From a virus (Duplodnaviria > Caudoviricetes), in the IMG/VR virus record IMGVR_UViG_3300021255_004000, positions 96,001-160,000 of that record: a stretch of DNA of 64,000 nucleotides. One strand, written 5' to 3'. Positions 1-8,023 of the stretch are shown here, piece after piece (position 1 is the first letter of the stretch; each line of letters starts with the position of its first letter). A model generated the notes under the pieces. It did not search any database and had not been told where the DNA came from. It saw only the letters and a program-made list of their open reading frames with translations. A program made the translations under genes and the position numbers.

Positions 1-365
1 GCAGGTTTAATTGACTCAGGCTTATCGAAAGCAAACTCTTCTGCAACCAATGTTGTAATTGTCTTGAAGTATGCGTCTTCATCAACTTCTTCAATCTTGT
101 AATCGTAGAAGCGTTTTGTGAAGTCCTTCATATACCAAACAATCTTTCGAGTATCTTCTGCAGCTTTCTCTTTTCTCGAGAGTCCTTCTTCTGCTTTTGA
201 ACCGAAACGATAACAATACTTTAACTGACCTGCATCAAGTGCAAGAATGCCAGGGAAGCCTCTTGTAATAACTTCAAGCAATTCAATACACTCAGGATGT
301 ACTCGATTGTCATTGACTTTCTTCTCGTAATAAGAAGGATGATTTACTCTTGTATCTTCGTTCAT
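1..365 (-). CDS. DUF3310 (SaV-like) protein, runs off window start
   Basis: Manual translation from ATG 365: MNEDTRVNHPSYY..ECIELL..KYCYRFGSK..EDTRKIVWY, the DUF3310 pattern. Confidence 0.75.
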   Translation of the reverse strand, partial: MNEDTRVNHPSYYEKKVNDNRVHPECIELLEVITRGFPGILALDAGQLKYCYRFGSKAEEGLSRKEKAAEDTRKIVWYMKDFTKRFYDYKIEEVDEDAYFKTITTLVAEEFAFDKPESIKP

Positions 366-878
366 TTATACTTCCTCCTCAAACTGCGCTCCGCAGCCTG
401 GACATTTTGTAAATATTAAAGGCGAAGTAGTTCCACAATTTGGACATCTAGCCTGTGGGATTCCTTCGATAATTGTTAAGTGTTTAAGCTTTTTCTGATG
501 AGCATCATCAACTTCTTTTTTATTAAAAATGTAATGGTCGAGATCTTCATCAGAACAAGTGAAGTTTGCTTCTACTTCATCTACATTCTTAAAGATTTCT
601 TCAACTTTATCAATTCCACCAAAAGGCTCACACATATCACCAAGTTGCTTATTAAGCCTTTCAAGAGTTTTTACAGTTTCTTCGATCTCCTTTTTCTTAT
701 CGTGAATTACATTCCACCAATAAGCGGACATTCCATAAGACTGCATAACAAGTTCAGACTCCTGAGAAGCGAGATGATCGTGAGCCATCTTACGAAGCTC
801 AATTTTCATCTTCTCATTTAAGTCTGCGAATTCATCTTCACTTGTCTGGCGCGGCGTCACATTTAATCTCTGTGGCAT
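366..878 (-). CDS. hypothetical protein with C-terminal zinc ribbon
   Basis: CPNC..CPGC at C-terminus. Confidence 0.7.
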   Translation of the reverse strand: MPQRLNVTPRQTSEDEFADLNEKMKIELRKMAHDHLASQESELVMQSYGMSAYWWNVIHDKKKEIEETVKTLERLNKQLGDMCEPFGGIDKVEEIFKNVDEVEANFTCSDEDLDHYIFNKKEVDDAHQKKLKHLTIIEGIPQARCPNCGTTSPLIFTKCPGCGAQFEEEV

Positions 879-1236
879 TTATCTCTTCCTCAGAAAGTCC
901 AAAGGATTTTCCTATTTCATTCCAATCAATTCTTGTTTCTTCAGGGAAACAACAGTTTGGCCAAGAAGCGTCGTCGATGTAAACATTTGCAACAATTTTC
1001 TGTGAGCCTGTTGTGTATGGTGCGCAGTTTACATAGTTGGGAGTAAATCCTTGTGCTTTCAAATTAGACAACGCATTAGCAAGAGATTCTCCGTAACGGC
1101 AAGTCCATAGGCAAATATCATTGCCTCTTGCCTGTAAGGCCTTCAAAACATTGATAGCATTCTCTCTAAAAGGCCCTACATCAGGGTACATATTTCGCTG
1201 TGTTATAGTTCCATCAAAATCAACTGCGATTGTCAT
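838..1236 (-). CDS. capless HAD-superfamily phosphatase
   Basis: IAVDFDGT motif I, LWTCR motif II, K..ANVYIDD motifs III/IV. Confidence 0.85.
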   Translation of the reverse strand: MTIAVDFDGTITQRNMYPDVGPFRENAINVLKALQARGNDICLWTCRYGESLANALSNLKAQGFTPNYVNCAPYTTGSQKIVANVYIDDASWPNCCFPEETRIDWNEIGKSFGLSEEEINATEIKCDAAPDK

Positions 1237-1245
1237 ACAATAATA

Positions 1246-1959
1246 TTAACCAAAAATGCCATACTTCAGCGGCTGACCATTTGCTTTGCGAATAATCGTA
1301 CAACTGAGTTTGTCAACTTTACTGTAGTCTGCAATTAAAAGTTTGCAATCAGTGATCCCACAGATCATTGAGATTTGAGTACCGTAAGCAACAAGGTCGC
1401 CTATTTCATAAGTGTTGCCAAACTCATCAGTTGAGTCTTTTACATCATTCTTTCTTGGCGAAATTACATTAAGTTCTTCTTTCTTAGGATGCGCCCAAAA
1501 CATTCCTCTACCAATGTTATTGACAATATCAGCAGCATCCAACATTGCTTTTGATACATTTGCAAAGTCATCATCAACAGCAACATAATAAGCATTACTT
1601 CCAAAGTACTCATCATCATTGTGTTTCAAAACTTTATAGACTTCTTTTGTTATGAACATTTCAATAAGAGCATATACACTTTTCTCACGAGAAGGACGAT
1701 CTTTCTGCATTTCATAGCTATCATATCCGTCATAAAGTTTATGAGCATCTGCATCATCAAGTAATGACCAAAGTTCATCAACTGCACGAACAAACTCATC
1801 AGGTAGTTTGTCATCATCTGTATAGCACAGCCAATCTTTTACTCTTTGGCCATAGTCAAGTTCATAAAGATTAACTTTCTTGTTGTACTTTGTTGCAAGG
1901 TACTGAGCATAGCCTTCTCCATTTATTAAGCCATCTCTAGACCAACCTTTTATAAACAT
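1246..1959 (-). CDS. hypothetical protein, paralog 1 of tandem trio
   Basis: C-terminal DEFGNTYEIGDLV motif shared with next two genes. Confidence 0.7.
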   Translation of the reverse strand: MFIKGWSRDGLINGEGYAQYLATKYNKKVNLYELDYGQRVKDWLCYTDDDKLPDEFVRAVDELWSLLDDADAHKLYDGYDSYEMQKDRPSREKSVYALIEMFITKEVYKVLKHNDDEYFGSNAYYVAVDDDFANVSKAMLDAADIVNNIGRGMFWAHPKKEELNVISPRKNDVKDSTDEFGNTYEIGDLVAYGTQISMICGITDCKLLIADYSKVDKLSCTIIRKANGQPLKYGIFG

Positions 1960-1969
1960 TTCTTACCTC

Positions 1970-2674
1970 TTAATACGCGATGTTTGCTGGAGTTCCGTTT
2001 CCTTTTTTGATAACAAACACACTTTCAGGAGAACAGTTTCCGCCGCTCAACAGTACCAGCGACTTTTCTGTTGTTCCGATAATTACATCAGCAAAAGTTC
2101 CTGTAGTTCCTACTCTGCTTCTTGCAACAAAGTCTCCTACTTCAAACTTGTTTCCATAATGGTCATAAGCAAACTTGTTTGCAAGAGGCTCTGTTTTAGG
2201 AATACCTGCACTTGTCTTACTCTCCATTTTAATGAAAACATCTTTTCCTGTGATACATTTGATTTCTTTCAAAATCTCACCGAAGTATGTAAGGAAGTCA
2301 GGCCACTTGTCGTCATCATCAAGATACACATTGTACTCGCAACCCCACTCATTGTCAAATGCATCGCAGTTTTCTCTTCCTGTTTCAGGAAATCTTTCCA
2401 AACGCTGACGAATAAAAATCCCCAAACATTCCCAGGCAACTTCTCCTGAAGGAGTACGATATTCCCCGATTTCATTTTTGTTGAAGTTCTTAATGCCTTC
2501 AACTTCAATAGATGAAAGCTTTGGGTCAAGCGGATTCAAGGCCTGAACAAGTTCAAAGAACTCATTGTTCCTTGCATCATATTCAATTCGGACTGAATGA
2601 TAAACTGTCTTCTTCTTTTTGATAGCGGCCTGCATACGGGCCCAGCCTTTGCAAGTGTTTTTAAGCTTGAACAT
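1970..2674 (-). CDS. hypothetical protein, paralog 2 of tandem trio
   Basis: Start moved to MFKLK (GGAGG upstream); DHYGNKFEVGDFV motif. Confidence 0.7.
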   Translation of the reverse strand: MFKLKNTCKGWARMQAAIKKKKTVYHSVRIEYDARNNEFFELVQALNPLDPKLSSIEVEGIKNFNKNEIGEYRTPSGEVAWECLGIFIRQRLERFPETGRENCDAFDNEWGCEYNVYLDDDDKWPDFLTYFGEILKEIKCITGKDVFIKMESKTSAGIPKTEPLANKFAYDHYGNKFEVGDFVARSRVGTTGTFADVIIGTTEKSLVLLSGGNCSPESVFVIKKGNGTPANIAY

Positions 2675-3434
2675 CAAAGTCCTCCGGTGTTTTAAGCGGT
2701 TCTCCACCGTTTGTGTTTGCAGGATGTTTTTTAACAACATATCCATATCCGTAATTGTTGAGGCAACGCCAAGATGCTTTGTTGAAGCCAACAAAAATAT
2801 CGGCTCCGCCTTCAGTAAGGATTACTGTATCACCAGGCTCAGGAATGTTTCCAAGGATATCTCTTTCGAGATGATCTTCGCCAGCAGGGGTTGTTGAATA
2901 CTTTACACTTTTAAGTTTGAAGTTTGTACTGACATTTGAGTTGATGTTGTACTTTTCAAGTATCTTGTCAAACTCGGCCTTTACATCAATCTTTTCGATG
3001 TCTTTGCACCAGAGTTCAAAGACGATTTCATTTCCATATTCAAATTCACCTGATGCGCGGTTGTACTTCTGTTTTACATCAACAATGTGGAAAGCCCATT
3101 CTTCAGGACGTTCATAGAAGAACAGACGAGCAATCTTTCTGACAGATGTTCCAAATCGTCTTGCTATTGCAGCATCTTCTGATTTTTCATAGCTGTTAGG
3201 ACCGAAATTTTTGATGTCATAGTCGCAAGGTTCATCGCTGTCTTCTTTTGTAATTGCATAAATGCGAGCTTGAACATCAGTATAAATGTCTGTGGCTTTT
3301 TCTTTTGAGATCGGAACTTCTGAGAAGACGTGAAGTTCTCCCATTTTTACTGCTTGGTCATTGTTATAACAATGGCTCAACAATTTAATGAAGTCCTTAA
3401 TCGAACCCCAGTTTCTTTGATAATTCTTAATCAT
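2661..3434 (-). CDS. hypothetical protein, paralog 3 of tandem trio
   Basis: Start moved to MIKNY; DILGNIPEPGDTV motif. Confidence 0.7.
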   Translation of the reverse strand: MIKNYQRNWGSIKDFIKLLSHCYNNDQAVKMGELHVFSEVPISKEKATDIYTDVQARIYAITKEDSDEPCDYDIKNFGPNSYEKSEDAAIARRFGTSVRKIARLFFYERPEEWAFHIVDVKQKYNRASGEFEYGNEIVFELWCKDIEKIDVKAEFDKILEKYNINSNVSTNFKLKSVKYSTTPAGEDHLERDILGNIPEPGDTVILTEGGADIFVGFNKASWRCLNNYGYGYVVKKHPANTNGGEPLKTPEDFDVQA

Positions 3435-3717
3435 TAGGCATTCCCTTTTCGATTTTATTGTATTTATTTGCAACTCTTGTCAAGAAAGAGTCCATAGATT
3501 CGCCGTCTCTCTGAACAACCTGAAAGATTGCGCCAACCTGAGGAAGAACAATATCAGCACGGTCAAATGTTCGATCTTTAGGCTCGACATAATTGCCGAT
3601 TTCGTCAACTTCAAAAAACTCAAACTCGATGTCAATACGAGAATCAGAAGTTTTCATCTGATAATCAGTGAAGTCTGTGCGTGAATCAAGCCATTTCTGT
3701 ATCATTTTTCCTGTCAT
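3427..3717 (-). CDS. early hypothetical protein
   Basis: AAGGAG RBS directly below sigma70-type promoter. Confidence 0.75.
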   Translation of the reverse strand: MTGKMIQKWLDSRTDFTDYQMKTSDSRIDIEFEFFEVDEIGNYVEPKDRTFDRADIVLPQVGAIFQVVQRDGESMDSFLTRVANKYNKIEKGMPND

Positions 3718-3748
3718 AATTTGCTCCTTTTCAGTGGTTTACAGATAT

Positions 3749-3777
3749 AATATAAAAGACTATTCAATAAAGTTCAA
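3749..3777 (-). promoter_or_regulatory. early sigma70-type promoter, copy 1 of 8
   Basis: TTGAAC-17 nt-TATATT, consensus TTGAACTT-N10-TCTTTTATATTAT. Confidence 0.85.
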
Positions 3778-4086
3778 TTTTATATCAGAAAATTTGTGTC
3801 TTCTTCTGTGTGCAAGATACATAAAGTTCTCACAATCGTCCATACTTTCACAGTCTTTGATAATATCATAAGAGCTCATTTTCTTAATGTCTTTCAAACA
3901 AACACTTTCTTGATAAACAATCAACAACATTGCTAATGACTTAAGAAACAAACGACGTTGACTATCAGAAACAAAGCCATTCCAGTGATATGAGTCATCT
4001 TTCCAAGGAGTATGAGAAATCCACATATCAATATCAACAACACTATCATTTGTTTCAGTTATATCATAAACAACATTACAATTCAT
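3760..4086 (-). CDS. hypothetical protein
   Basis: ORF with AGGAG upstream. Confidence 0.6.
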   Translation of the reverse strand: MNCNVVYDITETNDSVVDIDMWISHTPWKDDSYHWNGFVSDSQRRLFLKSLAMLLIVYQESVCLKDIKKMSSYDIIKDCESMDDCENFMYLAHRRRHKFSDIKLNFIE

Positions 4087-4116
4087 AATTATAAATAATA
4101 CTCCTTATTTCTTATA

Positions 4117-4144
4117 TTTATTATTGTCCCATATAGCTAAAAAA
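4117..4144 (-). repeat. 28-bp dispersed intergenic repeat, copy 1
   Basis: TTTTTTAGCTATATGGGACAATAATAAA, identical in inverted orientation at 36026-36053. Confidence 0.85.
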
Positions 4145-4161
4145 CTCGAGTTTGAAAAATT

Positions 4162-4186
4162 AAAGGCAACTTTTCGTTGCCTTTTT
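4162..4186. terminator. intrinsic terminator
   Basis: aaaggcaac-tttc-gttgccttt hairpin with A/T tracts. Confidence 0.75.
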
Positions 4187-4189
4187 ATA

Positions 4190-4852
4190 TTAGCCATCTA
4201 CTTCTGCGTAAACAGTATTTACATCTTTTTCTGTCAACTTGTCGTTCCAAATGCCACGACTTGCTGTTCGCCTGCCGCCGTATGAATTCATAATTGTATC
4301 GACAACAATCATCTTCTGTGCTTCCAACTGTTTGTACTGCTGAACATAAGAGCCTTTCATAAAGTCATTCGGGAAGCTCAAGTTGATAAGAGATGACATA
4401 ATCAAATCCTGCTCATCGCGGATTTCCTTGTATCTCTGTTTGTACTTTTCGAGATCTTCTTTTGAAAGCCAAGACTCTTCACAGTCTTTTTTCAGCTTGT
4501 AAGCAATCGACTTGCGATCGTCATCTTCATCTTTGTAGCCGATTTCTTCCTTGATTTCTTTCAAGGCTTCTTTACAAGCTCTTTCTTTTTCGGCGCGTTC
4601 TTTCTGACGCATTAACTTTTCACGTGTAAAGACTTTCCAAACATCAATATCGAACTTGTCGCTATCGATGTCAAGAACCTCTCTGTCAATCTTTTCTGCT
4701 TTCTCACAGCATTCTACATCCATTTCTTCATCCATATCGTAAATCCCCTTTATAAATTGTGAATAAGGTTTTGGTGGTCCCATCCATTTTGCCCAGTTTT
4801 GAACCATCCTCAATAATGAATTAGATCCTTTGCTAAAGTCCTGCATTACCAC
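4190..4852 (-). CDS. hypothetical charged/coiled-coil protein
   Basis: 220-aa ORF in operon. Confidence 0.65.
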   Translation of the reverse strand: MVMQDFSKGSNSLLRMVQNWAKWMGPPKPYSQFIKGIYDMDEEMDVECCEKAEKIDREVLDIDSDKFDIDVWKVFTREKLMRQKERAEKERACKEALKEIKEEIGYKDEDDDRKSIAYKLKKDCEESWLSKEDLEKYKQRYKEIRDEQDLIMSSLINLSFPNDFMKGSYVQQYKQLEAQKMIVVDTIMNSYGGRRTASRGIWNDKLTEKDVNTVYAEVDG

Positions 4853-5085
4853 TCACCCTCACTAACCCAATAATCTTTGCAAAACGGAAGTGGAGATGAT
4901 TTCTCTGCTCCTTCGCAATGAGCTTTTGGGTCGTTTCTTTTGTTGAACTTGCAGACTGAGCAACCTACTCCAATTGACTCAAGCCACTTTTCATTGTGGC
5001 TTTTTATCAACTCAACAAGTTCAACGGCATCTTCATTTTTGAGATGAAACTTTTCGCAAATCTCTTTGAGGATGCCGTCGTCCAT
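4846..5085 (-). CDS. hypothetical Cys-cluster protein
   Basis: CSVCKF..C..C. Confidence 0.6.
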   Translation of the reverse strand: MDDGILKEICEKFHLKNEDAVELVELIKSHNEKWLESIGVGCSVCKFNKRNDPKAHCEGAEKSSPLPFCKDYWVSEGEW

Positions 5086-5086
5086 A

Positions 5087-5728
5087 TTAGGCCTCCCGTC
5101 TTGCGAAAGTCAAGCCTGCAAGGAAAAGGCGCTTTGCCATAGGGTCATCTTCATCGAGATTGAACTTGCGGCAAAGAGCGCGGAAAGCTTTCTCTTCTTC
5201 AGAGATTTCGTACTTTTCGTGGAGCTCAGAAAGTACTTCGTGGATCTTTTCAATTTCTTCATCATCAAAGTCTTTCAACATTGATGTGATTTCATTGATG
5301 CGAGCCTCGCGTGTTACTTTTGCTGATGCGTTGTCACTCTCTTCTTCATCGATTGCCTGACCTGTTACTTCAGCAATTTTGTCGCGGATAAAGCGGATAG
5401 CTTCTGCGCGTGACATACCTGACGGCATTTCAACAATGTGAACTTCAGGTCCATTTCTGCGGCTTTCAGGTTTCTTTTCTGCCTTAGGTTTTGTAGTTGA
5501 TTTCGGAGCTTTTGAAGCCTGCTCAATGAAATACTGTGCAAGCATTTCAAAGCGAGCCTTACGGTCAATATCGCCCCAGTCGCGATGAATACCGAGCATA
5601 TCCTCGAGTACCTTAGCTTTGCGTTCGAATGAATCAAAGCCATAATGATTGAGAATGAGCTTTACATTCTCGATTGTTTTGTCAGTTAATGCGTTAAGTC
5701 CCGCAATAGCATCTTCTTTTCTTCCCAT
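5087..5728 (-). CDS. hypothetical protein
   Basis: GGAGG RBS, GTTAATAT motif upstream. Confidence 0.75.
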   Translation of the reverse strand: MGRKEDAIAGLNALTDKTIENVKLILNHYGFDSFERKAKVLEDMLGIHRDWGDIDRKARFEMLAQYFIEQASKAPKSTTKPKAEKKPESRRNGPEVHIVEMPSGMSRAEAIRFIRDKIAEVTGQAIDEEESDNASAKVTREARINEITSMLKDFDDEEIEKIHEVLSELHEKYEISEEEKAFRALCRKFNLDEDDPMAKRLFLAGLTFARREA

Positions 5729-5749
5729 AGGAATACCTCCAAAAATATA

Positions 5750-5896
5750 TTAACCTTGCAAAATGAAATCTATGTTAAAGTCTTTCACTTTACGCGTCTT
5801 TTTTATTCCAACGAGAAACTTGTAAGCCTCGTCTTCAAATCTGAACTTTTCAGTTCGAGTCTTACCGTTCTCATAAATAATTTTCAATACCCACAT
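5750..5896 (-). CDS. small hypothetical protein (48 aa, not in ORF track)
   Basis: MWVLKIIYENGKTRTEKF..., fills gap, GAGG upstream. Confidence 0.55.
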   Translation of the reverse strand: MWVLKIIYENGKTRTEKFRFEDEAYKFLVGIKKTRKVKDFNIDFILQG

Positions 5897-5898
5897 AC

Positions 5899-6306
5899 TT
5901 AGGCCTCAACATCTATCCGCTTCGTAAAGTTGGATATTTTGTTTTCATCAACAACCAACAAGCGGTTTGTACTTTCATCAAGAAGAAGCCAATCATTATG
6001 GAAAACATACAAAGTTTGAAAAAATGAATTAGAAGTGCCTTCCTGAATGATTGCAACTTCCATACTTTTCTTGAAGTCATTCCAATTATTTAACTTGCCA
6101 GTTTTTACATCTTTTGCAAAAAACAGCTGAGCAATGAAGTTGTTTCCCACAATCTGACTGTGAATTACGGGGTCATCTTGCATCACACCTGCAAACTCGC
6201 GAATAACATCTTCCTTAAACTCATTTCCTTCAAGGAACTGAACGCCTTTGTAACTCGTATGTCCTTTGAGGAACTTAATCGTCTGCATCGTGTACCTCGT
6301 ACTCAA
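5899..6306 (-). CDS. hypothetical protein
   Basis: ORF in tightly packed operon. Confidence 0.6.
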   Translation of the reverse strand: MSTRYTMQTIKFLKGHTSYKGVQFLEGNEFKEDVIREFAGVMQDDPVIHSQIVGNNFIAQLFFAKDVKTGKLNNWNDFKKSMEVAIIQEGTSNSFFQTLYVFHNDWLLLDESTNRLLVVDENKISNFTKRIDVEA

Positions 6307-6469
6307 CTTCTTCTACATCATCAACAGTTTTGCTGTTTCTTTCATTCGGAACACACCAAATCAAAAGAGCGACAATTACTCCTATGACAGGATGTCCAAA
6401 ACTGCCAAGTGCAACTGCAAGCAAAACAGCCAATACATTATTCCAAAACCACATAATCAACTCTCCCAA
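6275..6469 (-). CDS. small membrane protein
   Basis: Two hydrophobic segments and acidic tail. Confidence 0.6.
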   Translation of the reverse strand: MGELIMWFWNNVLAVLLAVALGSFGHPVIGVIVALLIWCVPNERNSKTVDDVEEVEYEVHDADD

Positions 6470-6678
6470 GCATGATCTTCTGCAGCGGAATCAGTTCCAT
6501 AGTCATATCCTAACTGAAGAACCTCTTCGTAAATCTCGTGGGCAATATCAATTCTTTTTGTAGGATCTTTTATTGCCTCTTCAATTAGTGTTACAACCCA
6601 AGCTTTATACTTTTTCTCGCAATCAGGTTGCAACATTCCGTACTTTATATCCTTTGCAGGAGCTTTAGGTAAACTCAT
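6457..6678 (-). CDS. hypothetical protein
   Basis: ORF in operon. Confidence 0.6.
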   Translation of the reverse strand: MSLPKAPAKDIKYGMLQPDCEKKYKAWVVTLIEEAIKDPTKRIDIAHEIYEEVLQLGYDYGTDSAAEDHAWES

Positions 6679-6681
6679 AAC

Positions 6682-7020
6682 TTACACCTTTACAAAATCT
6701 TTACAAGCCTGATATGAACCTTGATACAGGATGTGTGTTTCACCCATATAAGTTTCATACTCTTCTTTGTTCAAAAGGCGGATGCCAACATCTGTTTTGA
6801 CAAGATACCAAATGTTAACACGCAGTTCATCAAGTTTCCAAGGATCGTCTGCAAACTTTGCTGCTTTTTCTTCAGTAAGAGGCTTCCAATAACCGCCATC
6901 ATTGCAGTCTACCCAATATTCAATACACGATTGGTTTTCGCGCAGAAGTTTAAGCTTCTCCTGCTGAAGTTTCAGATTAGTTTCGATCTTATCGAGAATT
7001 TTTGCAACATTCTTTGCCAT
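6682..7020 (-). CDS. hypothetical protein
   Basis: AAGGAGG RBS, coupled start/stop. Confidence 0.7.
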   Translation of the reverse strand: MAKNVAKILDKIETNLKLQQEKLKLLRENQSCIEYWVDCNDGGYWKPLTEEKAAKFADDPWKLDELRVNIWYLVKTDVGIRLLNKEEYETYMGETHILYQGSYQACKDFVKV

Positions 7021-7298
7021 TATGCTTCCTCCTTGTTATATGCTTCAAGCCAACAGTGCATATCTTCATAATCAAGACTTGTTGTTGAAATGCGTTGTGA
7101 GAAGTAAGGGTTATTATAATTTTTTGAATAAACCACAAGCTTCTTTTCAGCGGGATTCTTTTCGTCGTGCTCAAGAACGAGAACAGCGAATTTCTTAACT
7201 TCTACAACTTTTTCAATTTCATCGTGAAAGAACTTTCCAGTCAAAGTCCCAGGAACCAATTCTTCTTTTGTAAAGTCAAGAAACTCTCTTTTCTCCAT
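7020..7298 (-). CDS. hypothetical protein
   Basis: Start moved to MEKREF (AAGGAG upstream). Confidence 0.65.
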   Translation of the reverse strand: MEKREFLDFTKEELVPGTLTGKFFHDEIEKVVEVKKFAVLVLEHDEKNPAEKKLVVYSKNYNNPYFSQRISTTSLDYEDMHCWLEAYNKEEA

Positions 7299-7299
7299 A

Positions 7300-7536
7300 T
7301 TAAGCATTCTCCTTGTCCCAGTCTTTGTTGAACTTTGCCATCTTTTTGAAAGTCTGAATTGCAAACTTTTTTGCATCAACGAACTCTTTCTCGAGGCGAG
7401 CCTTTCCATCAGAGCCTGTTACCTTGTAACGGCCGTCCTTGCAATGTTCAATCATTGGCATATGTTCGTGGCTTACACATACTGTGTACCACTTTCCATT
7501 GATCTGCTGCTTCTCAAACTTGTAAGCCTTTCCCAT
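7300..7536 (-). CDS. early basic hypothetical protein
   Basis: First gene under early promoter, AAGGAG RBS. Confidence 0.75.
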   Translation of the reverse strand: MGKAYKFEKQQINGKWYTVCVSHEHMPMIEHCKDGRYKVTGSDGKARLEKEFVDAKKFAIQTFKKMAKFNKDWDKENA

Positions 7537-7569
7537 ATTGTTGCTCCTTTTTAATCAATTTACAAAAAT

Positions 7570-7598
7570 AATATAAAAGACTTATAATAAAAGTTCAA
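7570..7598 (-). promoter_or_regulatory. early sigma70-type promoter, copy 2
   Basis: TTGAAC-17-TATATT. Confidence 0.85.
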
Positions 7599-7636
7599 AA
7601 AAAATAGGGGAAATCAATGAAGAATTTCCCCTATTT
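7597..7636 (-). terminator. terminator closing the RNA operon
   Basis: AAATAGGGGAAAT/ATTTCCCCTATTT stem followed by T run. Confidence 0.85.
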
Positions 7637-7649
7637 CTCTCCTCTCTAA

Positions 7650-7743
7650 AGCGGGTCCCCCGAGTCGAACGGGGCATAACATCCAAAGTACTATGGCCAC
7701 TTTCCTATGGATCACGGTTTGCCGCTACCTTTATCAGGCCCGC
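7650..7743 (-). ncRNA. tRNA-like RNA with expanded, non-canonical D/anticodon region
   Basis: Acceptor GCGGGCC/GACCCGC (one C-A mismatch), T arm CCCCG-TTCGACT-CGGGG; central stem loop GCCATAG. Confidence 0.7.
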
Positions 7744-7948
7744 ATAACATGCGCGGAAATTGCTTATTCGCAAGTATTCCATTTCCGCAAAAAGTTGAAA
7801 ACTGTAGGGTCTTACTAAAACTTGCGACCTAATCTGCTTTCAACTAGGGATACACCGTTTGTCCTCGTCGTTATCACGAGAGCACGAGGAATCCTCCACC
7901 ATCAATTTTTGAAAGAAATTGAAAACTTTTGCATTGTAAAACGCATAG

Positions 7949-8023
7949 AACTTCAAGTAGGATTTGAACCCACATCACCGCCAATCACCCGGCAGTATGC
8001 TTACCAAGTTACACCATTGAAGT
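7949..8023 (-). tRNA. tRNA-like RNA/pseudo-tRNA with 8-nt anticodon loop GGGTGATT (His-GTG-derived?)
   Basis: Acceptor ACTTCAA/TTGAAGT, D loop with GG, stem CTGCC/GGCGG, T arm GTGGG-TTCAAAT-CCTAC. Confidence 0.75.
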
